A stretch of 64,000 nt of DNA from Octopus vulgaris. Lineage: Eukaryota. Position numbers and translations under genes: made by a program. Shown here piece by piece: positions 54,595 to 64,000 of the stretch (its first letter is position 1; the number at the start of each line of letters is the position of its first letter). Where the stretch lies: NCBI GenBank assembly GCA_951406725.2, contig OX597831.1:79112001-79176000 (forward strand), read 5' to 3'. The notes beneath the pieces were generated by a model. The model made no database searches. It was not told where the DNA came from and saw nothing but the letters and a program-made list of their open reading frames with translations.

Positions 54595-55812
54595 CAATAC
54601 GATTTAGACAAATCACTAGAAAGAAAATAATTGACGAAAAACTAATTGGCGAAAATATATTGAGTTTTTACTGTTATTTCCAGCAGGTAGACTTACTTAG
54701 TATGTGTATGTGTGTATATTTACGTGTTATTCTGGCAGTCTCCAGAGAAACAAGCAACCAAAATGTTTATATGCTCAATAGATGCAGCAGTTATTCTATG
54801 AGGGAATCCCCCATTTGCAAACCGAAAGTGTTTAAAACTCTATAAATACCATCAACCTGTCAAAGGGGATCTTAGTCCACACTGTATCAAGGTATGATAT
54901 AATATATATGTAACATAAGGTATAAATATAAAGAGTGCAAATTTGAGCCATTTCTCGCTGAATGTAAAAAACAAACAATAAACAACTTTAATGGGTTTTC
55001 ATCAGAGGCGTCTACATCATTCTGACAGTCTCCAAGAGAAACAAGCAGTCAGACTGCTTGTATACTCAACAAATGTAGCAGTTACATGAGGGAGTCCCTA
55101 TTTTGCATACTGTAAGTGATTAACGCTCTATAAATACAAATATATATATATATATATATATATATGCATGCATTCATCAAAGTCTACCGCAACTACAACG
55201 TCCCCAGTTCGAACCTTTCGTATGGTAGCTTAGTCGAATACCATTTTCTATGGAGTCGAGTTGAACCCCTTATATGTGGACTAAATTCAGTAGATGCAAA
55301 CTGTACAGAAGCAAGTTGGATGCTGCTTTTTAGAGGAGTCTCCCCTTTTACATGCATTCAGTTTGGGTTTAGCTTCCTCCCGCATTCCCATGAGTTTCGG
55401 ATTATCTGTAAAGAAATGTATGTTATACCTCGCTTCATGAGTAAAAGAGGAAAGGAATATCGAAATGAAACTAAACAGGTGTCCACGAATGACCCCAAGA
55501 CAGTATTCCTGGCCGTTCATTAAATAGCATGTCGATTGCGAAAAATTCTTCAATCGTGAAATTACCTCCCACTTTTTATGTGCAGCTAGGTTTCATAACC
55601 ATTTGATAATCAAGATACATCCTCTTCAGGCAGAGACAATTTTAATAAACCAAGAATTTATACTGTATAGTATTTGATATACCTGTATATGTGTCTACCT
55701 TATGAAAATAGAGATTGCTGTATTTCATATCTATTTTCTTTCCTCATGTGCATAAAATAGGCATCAGTAAGTTCCTGGGACTGTTCACTTTGCGCCAAAA
55801 CTTGAAAGGAAA

Positions 55813-56010
55813 GAAATCGTTTGCACGCCGGTCAAAATGCTTATTGGCATATTGTCCGTCTCCACGCTCTGACTTCAAATTCCGCTGAGGTCGATTTTGA
55901 TTTTCATCCTTTCGGGGTTCAATGAATTTACTACCAGTGAAACACTGGGGTTGATATAATAGACTCATCCTCTCCCGCAAAATTGCTGCTCTTGTAGCAA
56001 AATATGAAAC
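55813..56010 (+). mobile_element. SINE family A, diverged
   Basis: Core match. Confidence 0.75.
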
Positions 56011-56017
56011 TATAATT

Positions 56018-56119
<102 letters not shown>

Positions 56120-56183
56120 GCCGTTGTTATTATTATTATCATCATCATCATCATCATCATTACTATTACTATTATTATTATTA

Positions 56184-56218
<35 letters not shown>

Positions 56219-56235
56219 GTTGTTGTTTTTGTCTT

Positions 56236-58280
56236 TGCACAGCTTCTAACGCTGGAGATGTATTACAGTGTCAGCTGTTCACTACCAGTGAACTAAGGTA
56301 ACACCTCTTATTTTTTCGAGCAACTTCCGGAGTATTCGAGCGGTTCCAAAAAGTGCTATTTCTGCAAGTGCTCCACTCTTATTGCAGCTCCTATTTATTC
56401 CACGTACTTCTCGAGATTTTTGGTCACTGTTTCCAGGGCTTCGACAATTATTGGTACTACTGCTACCGTTTTCATCGACCACAACTGCTTAACTTATCAT
56501 ATCTCTCGACTTTTCTTTCTTCCTTATTGCATACCTTTTTATCAGCTGGGCATGCTATATCTATGATCCAGCATAGTTTGTTTTCAGTCTCAATTAAAAC
56601 TATGTCTGGCTTCCTATTCTCTATCTCATGGTCACACTGAATCATAAAATCCCATAGGATATTTGCATTTCTAATTTCGACAATGCTTTCAGATGGTCGT
56701 ACCAATGTTTTGCCCTGTCAAGTCCATACTTGTTGCAAAGTGTCCAATGGACAAGCCTGGCTATATTGCCGTGGCGTCTCTCATGTTCTTTCTGGGCTAG
56801 TGGCGAATAGTGACTGGAAATATGCCATACGGTTTCACCGTTTTGTCCACAGATTCTGCACTTATCACTTTCTGATTTGTTGCCTATTCTGTATTTTATG
56901 TAGTTTGTTCTTAGTGCTTGCTCTTGGGCAGTACAGATAGGAGCCTCTGTTTCCGGTTTTAAATCTATTTTAGTCATCCACAGCCATCTTTTTTCTCTGT
57001 CTTTCTTATCTTTCAATAGCCCTATGTAATTGACCATGCATTCTTTTCTTTAACCACCTATTTTCAGTTTCATTTGTTTTCAATTTCTTGTATAGTGCTT
57101 TATCTTTGCAATCTTTCATCCTATACAAGCCTGACCTTCCTACTTCTAATAATAGCGGTTCTGTGGCATTTTTTACATACCATGCTCTGTTGTTTTCTTC
57201 TGCTCTAATGCTGTGTTCGCATCCAATAAGTGATTTCCCCCTCTTTTTCTTGGTACATATAGTCTGTCTATGTCACATTTTGGGCTGAGTGACCATATCT
57301 AGTTAGCAACTTCCTTGTCTTTCTGTCTAAGCTGTTTACCTCTGCTCCATATCTAAAGAGTGAAATTGCCCAGGCGTTGATAGCTTTGATCTGATTCCGT
57401 CCGTTTAATTTAGACTAAAGGATCAGTCTCAGGCTGCGTAAGTACTCCACCTTAAATTTTTCTGTCATTTCTTTCTCTATTAATTTATCCATTTCCAAAA
57501 TCCCCAAGTACTTATAGCTTGTCTCTTCTATCTGCTTCATAACCTCCCCCGACGGTATCGTTAGTCCGTCCATACATTTGATTTTGCCTCTCTGGAAGAC
57601 TAACACACCACACTTTCTCAGTCCGAACTCCATTCTGATATCAGCACTGAAGGTATACACTGTATCAACGAGGGAACTGACTTGGGCTTCATCTTTACCA
57701 TAAAGTTTGAGGTCATCCATGAATAACAAATGGTTGACTATTTGTTGGCGGCTTTTGAATACATACCCAGCATTTGCTTTCCTCAGAATCAAGCACAGTA
57801 CAGAGATCAATGGGGACAGGCAGTCTCCTTGGAAGATGCCCCTCCTAATTTCTACTGTCCCCAAATTTCTTCCGTATGCTGTCAGGTCCGTCCTCCAATT
57901 CGCCCTACTTTTTCTAAGCAATCGCTCAACAACCGATGCAATCCCAAACAGGTTCATACATTCCATAATCCAAGAATGTGGGATCATATTGTAAGCCTTA
58001 CGATAGTCAATCCATGACATGGCTAAGTTACTCTTCCCCCACTTGCAGTCTCTGAGTACAGTTTTTTCTATCAGGAGTTCACCAAATCTTTCGATCCGGT
58101 AGCCTTAAACTCCATCTGGTCCCGGGGCTTTCCAGTTGCTCATTTGTTTTTGCTGATTTCCATCACTTCCCTAACTGAAATGACTAGTTCTCTCTGTTTT
58201 GGACAGACTTCTGTTTGTTTCAGTTCTTGCAACCATTCAACATCCTTCTTGTGCTACTTGTCTTTGCTCCAGATGTCACT
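56236..58280 (-). mobile_element. Dong/R4-clade RLE LINE, 5'-truncated and decayed, ending in (TAA)n
   Basis: WIDYRKAY, GIFQGDCLSPL, HLLFMDDLKLY, YKYLG, AQEQAL, CRICG..ETVWHI, RRHGNI, RKPDIVL, IIDIACP; same family as 8357-8930. Confidence 0.93.
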
Positions 58281-58404
58281 CCATCACCATAATCATCATC
58301 ATCATCATTATCACCATCATCATGATCATCATCATTATCACCATCATCATCATCATCATCATCACCACTATCATCATCACTATCATCATCGTCATCATCA
58401 TCAA

Positions 58405-58466
<62 letters not shown>

Positions 58467-59120
58467 ACAGTATCGGAACCGGAGCCATTTTGTAGTATTA
58501 CTAATAACAAAATTATTTGTTATTGTTGTTGATGGTGGTGGTGATGGTGGTGGTGGTGGTGGTGGTGGTGGTGGTGTCTAAATGCTGTAAGTCTTGTTGT
58601 TGTAAATCAATACATCTGTACCAAATGCTGAATCACAATCAACGTTTCGGAAGAGACGACAACAATAACAACATCATCAAAAACAACACCAACAAAAACC
58701 ACCATCACAACAACAACAACATCATAGGAAATAACAACAACAATGATTACAAAGACAAGAAAAAACAAGACAAGGAGAGCAAACAAAACAAAACAAAACA
58801 ACGGCTGCTTCAAAAACATAATTAATTACGTTTTCGTGACCTTCATCATTGTCTCCTCCTCACCATCATCATCATCATCATCATCGTCATCATCATCATA
58901 GTCGTTTTCGGTTTTATTATAAACGTTCGAAGTCATCGCTCGCACGATCACCATTATCGTCATTATAAGTGTCAACAACCCCCTTTCCTCCTCCTCCTCC
59001 TTCCGACTCTTTCGTCTCCTCCGCCTCCTTTACTTCTTCCTCCTTGACGGCTCCATCCTCCGCATCAACATCATCATCATCATCATCATCATCATCACCA
59101 TCATCACCATCATCATCATC

Positions 59121-59152
<32 letters not shown>

Positions 59153-59237
59153 CATCAACATCATCAACATCATCATCATGATCATCATCATCATCATCAC
59201 TATCATCATTACAATCATCATCGTCATCATCATCACC

Positions 59238-59269
<32 letters not shown>

Positions 59270-59339
59270 CAGCATCATCACCATCATCATCAATCATCAA
59301 TCATCATCATCATCACTATCATCATCACTATCATCATCG

Positions 59340-59396
<57 letters not shown>

Positions 59397-59452
59397 CTAT
59401 CATCATCACTATCATCATCGTCATCATCATCATCATCATCAACATCATCATC

Positions 59453-59520
<68 letters not shown>

Positions 59521-59590
59521 TACTATCATCATCATCATTTTCATCATCATCCTCGTCATCATCATCATCATCATCGTCACCATCGTCAAC
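58280..59590. repeat. (CAT)n, GGT and AAC low-complexity block
   Basis: Visible tandem runs. Confidence 0.9.
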
Positions 59591-59977
59591 ATTGACAAGC
59601 ACGCTAGTAGGAATGATATTCGATAGATTTTTTGCAAAAAGAAACCAACTAAGACGAAATATATACAGGCATAAATACATACGCACACAGACACATGCAC
59701 ACATATCGATGTGTGTGAGTATGAATGTATGCATATACATATACATATACATAATGTGGCGCTCCGTCGGTTACGACGACGACGGTTGCAGTTGATCCGA
59801 TGAGCGGAACAGCCTCCTCGTGAAATTAACGTGTAAGTAGCTGAGCAACCCCTGGCGGAGCCTCGTGGTGCTTTAGATGTTTTCGCACAATAAACACTCA
59901 CAACGCCCGGTCTGGGAATCGATACCGTGATCCTGCTGTACTAACAACTGGGCCATTGAGCCTCCACACACACACAC

Positions 59978-60020
<43 letters not shown>

Positions 60021-60024
<4 letters not shown>

Positions 60025-60390
60025 GTGAAATAGAAAGATGAATAATCTTGTAGTAGATTAATCAAAAGTTTAACCGATACCTTAGTAGCAAAAATCACAG
60101 CAGTAAAACAGCACGGTTGGAGGTACAACCATATGGTGTTGCAACCGTGCGTTGGTGCGGATAATTGAAATTAGAACATTATTGGTGAAGCATAGTTCGA
60201 TTTGTTTTTGCTCCGCCTCTGTTCTGTTTTTGTTTTTCCAACGGATTTCCTATTTTCTTCCTGAAGAGAAAGACACAATATGGTCCCATTATTCCATCGG
60301 ATTTTGGTAATTTGTGCCTTTCGAAACACGTGTAGAATGAAATAAAACGATTTCTGTTCAACCTGCGTTCAGCTCCATTTCTTCAATTCA

Positions 60391-60393
<3 letters not shown>
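60021..60393 (+). mobile_element. About 370 bp (TA)n-embedded element carrying a hammerhead
   Basis: Bounded by TA tracts; 9 bp hairpin gcacggttg/caaccgtgc at 60111-60150 and hammerhead at 60251-60344. Confidence 0.75.
60251..60344 (+). ncRNA. Type I hammerhead ribozyme, intact core
   Basis: TATTTTCTTC-CTGAAGA-GAAAG a CACAA..TTGTG c CTTTC-GAAA-CACGTG-TA-GAATGAAATA; predicted cut after 60334. Confidence 0.85.
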
Positions 60394-60450
<57 letters not shown>

Positions 60451-60506
60451 CGTATAGATAAGTATGTATACACATGTATATTTATAAAAGTATATATATA
60501 TATATA

Positions 60507-60915
60507 GGCGCAGGAGTGGCTGTGTGGTAAGTAGCTTGCTTACCAACCACATGGTTCCGGGTTCAGTCCCACTGCGTGGCATCTTGGGCAAGTGTGTTCT
60601 GCTATAGCCCCGGGCCGACTAATGCCTTGTGAGTGGATTTGGTAGACGGAAACTGAAAGAAGCCCGTCGTATATATGTATATATATATGTGTGTGTGTGT
60701 GTGCGTGTGTTTTTGTCTGTCTGTGTTCGTCTCCCTAGCATTGCTTGACAACCGATGCTGGTGTGTTTATGTCCCCGTCACTTAGCAGTTCCGCAAAAGA
60801 AACCGATAGAATAAGTACTAGGCTTACAGAGAATAAGTCCTGGGGTCGATTTGCTCGACTAAAGGTGGTGCTCCAGCATGGCCGCAGTCAAATGACTGAA
60901 ACAAGTAAAAGAGTA
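60507..60915 (+). mobile_element. tRNA-derived SINE family B, full-length
   Basis: Head ggcgcaggagtggctgtgtggtaag..ggttcagtccc, internal TA/GT tract, gtaaaaga tandem tail. Confidence 0.9.
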
Positions 60916-61275
60916 AAAGAGTAAAGATATAAGCATGCGCAAATGAAGACATACAATAGAAATACAAAATGGCTGACGGTTAGTAAGGAGAGACACAATT
61001 ACGAAAGAAGAAAACAAAGGACCACTGATGCGGTCACAGGAGTGTGACGAAAGAACTCTGGCCGAAATAAGATTAAGATTAATGTAAAAAATAAATATCA
61101 CTGAAGCAAAATAACACCAAATATATAGTGCGTGTGTTTTTATTGGCTAAACTGGCAATATGACCATTCCGAAATATAACAATATCTGTTTCAACACACG
61201 ACTTCACATAAAAAATCTTGCACAACAAATATTTAAACGTATATATAAATAAATATATATATATAAATATATATT

Positions 61276-61435
61276 CTTTATTTAAAAGCAGCAGAAATTT
61301 GTTTTAACAAGACTGTCCGACGAACGGGAACAGCTTTTGTTAAATTTTTGTTGCTTTTAAATAAAGCATATTACTCTACCTCTGGTATTTGAGTACTCGT
61401 TTTTCCACCTTGTTTCACATTTATGTGTTTACTCC

Positions 61436-61438
<3 letters not shown>
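61276..61438 (+). mobile_element. (TA)n-embedded short element with hairpin; deleted sister copy at 44827-44911
   Basis: Shared tail tattactctacc.ctggtatttgagtac..gtgtttactcc. Confidence 0.7.
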
Positions 61439-61512
<74 letters not shown>

Positions 61513-61588
61513 GTACATATACGAATGTATGAAATTATTTCCACTTCTCAGAACATATGTTTGAGAGTTATGCTTTAATAAGAAATAA

Positions 61589-61712
61589 GATGGTATAGCC
61601 ATGGGTGCTAAGTTAGCACCCTCGTAGTCAAATTCCTATATTGTCATGACAGAAATGAGTGTAGAACCAAAAGGCCTAAGCATACGATAATATATTCATC
61701 GTACTGGGTTCA
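61589..61712 (+). pseudogene. Penelope-like reverse transcriptase relic
   Basis: DGIAMGAKLAPS*SN followed after a frameshift by YDNIFIV, matching the PLE RT motifs GxAMGxxxAPxxAN and YxDDIF. Confidence 0.55.
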
Positions 61713-62159
61713 GGGTAAGAGGACAACAGATTAAAGGAAGACATGGATACATAACTCTGTACTTTATTCAACATTCAATATCGTTGAGTTAAAACTTGAA
61801 ACAAAATAATTCCTTAATTACAGCATAAAGTAAACACTTAGCCATTGAAAGACATGGAAAGACTGTTAACTTCATGAAACATTTATTATTTTTTATTTGG
61901 TGACAAATGTGAAATGTTTAGATTGCATCGCTTGCCAAGCAAGAACACTTCCGCTATTAGTTAAGTTTTAGCCATAAACGTTTAAATACTGGAACAACAG
62001 CGACGAAGACGACAAGAGGAAGAGTAAAATTATTAAAGACATCAAGAAGAACAATAACAACAATGACATTAACAATAAGAATTAAAAGAATACCAACAAT
62101 AATAACAATAATAACATAAAAGAATGGTAACAAGTATACAGCAAGCAATAAACATACAA

Positions 62160-62325
62160 GAAAAAGGAGGAGGTGGGGGAGAAGGAAGAGAAGGTGAAGG
62201 AGAAAACGACGAAGAAGAAGAAAAAGAAGAAAAAGAAGAAGAAGAAGAAGAAGAAGAAGAAGGAGAGAAGGTGAAGGAAGATGATGATGAAGAAGAAGTA
62301 GGAGAAGAAGAAGAAGAAGAAGAAG

Positions 62326-62357
<32 letters not shown>

Positions 62358-62600
62358 GAAGAAGAAGAAGAAGAAGAAGAAGAAGAAGAAGAAGGAGAAG
62401 AAGAAGAAGAAGAAGAAGAAGAAGAAGAAGAAGAAGAAGAAGAAGAAGAAGAAGAAGAAGGTGAAGGAGAAGACGAAGAAGAAGAAGAAGGAGGAGTTGA
62501 AGAAGAAGATGATGATGATGAAGAAGCAGAAAAAGAAGAAGAAAAAGAAGAAGAAGAAAAAGAAGATGAAGAAGAAGAAGAAGGAGAAGAAGAAGAAGAA
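62160..62600. repeat. (GAA)n microsatellite
   Basis: Visible; the poly-E ORF is an artefact. Confidence 0.95.
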
Positions 62601-63274
62601 ATTTCTTGTATTAGCCAGAGGGGCGTAAATGAGAGTGACAATAATAATAACAATCATATTAATAATGACAATAACACAACAACAGCAATTATTGAAGCAT
62701 TAATTAGAAGAGTAAGAAAAAGGAAGATTGCGATTGTGATAAAAACGAAAATAATCAACAAAGCTACAACAACAGTGACAATAACAACACCAATAATAAT
62801 AATAATAATAACATGGACGACGTCCTTAATAAGACTCACGATGACGATGACGACGACGACGTTAATAACAACAACAGCCACAAACGGGAATTCTTCGGCA
62901 AAGACTATTAAGAAAAGAAGCAAGTTTGGTAGGTTCAAGTCTTTTATTCTTGGATTCGTGACATGTGTTTGGTATGGAGGAATGGAGGTGAGGGGTGGGG
63001 GTGCTGGTGATGGTATTGGTGCTGAGGATTGTTGTTGTTGTTGTGGTGGTGCTGCTGCTGCTTGTGCTGGTGGTGGTGGCGAAATTGGTGGTGATGGTGT
63101 TGGCGGTGGTGGTCGTGGTGGTGTTTGTCGTGCCGGTTGTAGCGTTGGTCGTGATGGTGGTGGGGTTACAGCAGGTGGTAGTGGTGATGGTGGTGGTGGT
63201 GGTAGTACTGATGGTTATTATTGTGATCGTGGTGGTGTTAGTGATGGTGGTGGTAGTGGGGCTTAATTTGTTAA

Positions 63275-63916
63275 TTGGCTTTCTGCTGGTAGTGATATGT
63301 TGGAATGGTAAGCATGTCTTCACTGATGGTATTCAATGATGGGGTTGTGGGAGATGGTGTTGGTGGTGGTGGTACATATGGTTGTGGTAGTGGTGGTGGT
63401 GGTACTGATGGTTGTGTTAGTGATGGTTGTGGGAGGTGGTGGTAGTGGTGGTAGTACTGATGGTTGTGATACTGATGGTTGTGGTGGTGGTGGTTGATGG
63501 AGGTGGTGGTGGTAGGGGTGGTGGTAGTACTGATGGTTGTGATAGTGGTCGTGGTGGTAGTACTGATGGTTGTGGTAGTGGTGGGGGTACTGATGGTTGT
63601 GGCTGTGGTGGTGGTGGTACTGATGGTTGTGTTAGTGGTGGTGGTGGTACTGATGGTTGTGTTAGTGGTGGTTGTGGGAGGTGGTGGTGGTGGTACTGAT
63701 GGTTGTGGTAGTGGTGGTGGTGGTGATGATGGGGGTGGTGGTGGTTGTGGTTGTAATGATGGTGGTGGTTTTAGTGGCTTAGTGCTTGCATTGGTTGTGG
63801 TGGTAGTGGTTGCGGTAGTTGCGGTTGTGGCGGATTGGTGGGGCCTGATTTGTTCATTGGTTTTCTGCTGATAGAAATATGTCGGAATGGTAAGCATATC
63901 CTCACTGATGGTATTC
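63275..63916. repeat. GGT-derived minisatellite (ggtggtggtactgatggttgtg) between two about 60 bp direct repeats
   Basis: ttctgctg.tag..atatgt.ggaatggtaagcat.tc.tcactgatggtattc at about 63281-63334 and 63862-63916. Confidence 0.8.
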
Positions 63917-64000
63917 TGCCGACATTGCAAGTTTTGTAGGGTCTGCTTTAGGGGTAGTTTGTTACCAAATAACGCGGTTGAGGATGCTAATGCTGACGAA

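Noticed and set aside
55160-55410. Possible minus-strand exon after tttctttacag
   Set aside because: No frame gives a recognisable protein and the donors are weak

Overview
Eukaryotic, repeat-saturated intergenic or intronic DNA, most likely an octopus (coleoid cephalopod), inferred from the tRNA-derived SINE families and the extreme microsatellite load. No intact host gene is recognisable, and most ORFs in the track are microsatellite artefacts. Recognisable elements are two mariner transposons, several Dong/R4-type restriction-endonuclease LINEs, RTE and CR1/L2-type LINE fragments, many SINEs, a decayed VLCAD (ACADVL-like) retrocopy and a probable decayed Rab-like GTPase retrocopy. The most notable feature is at 20149-23437: about 6.7 near-identical 492-493 bp units inserted in a (TA)n tract and arranged as a giant head-to-head palindrome. 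Every unit carries a type I hammerhead ribozyme (7 copies), so this looks like a Penelope-dependent retrozyme array. Several other, unrelated hammerhead-bearing short elements are scattered through the window, mostly in (TA)n tracts, along with Penelope GIY-YIG and RT relics. All structures were read by eye; none was confirmed by a search.
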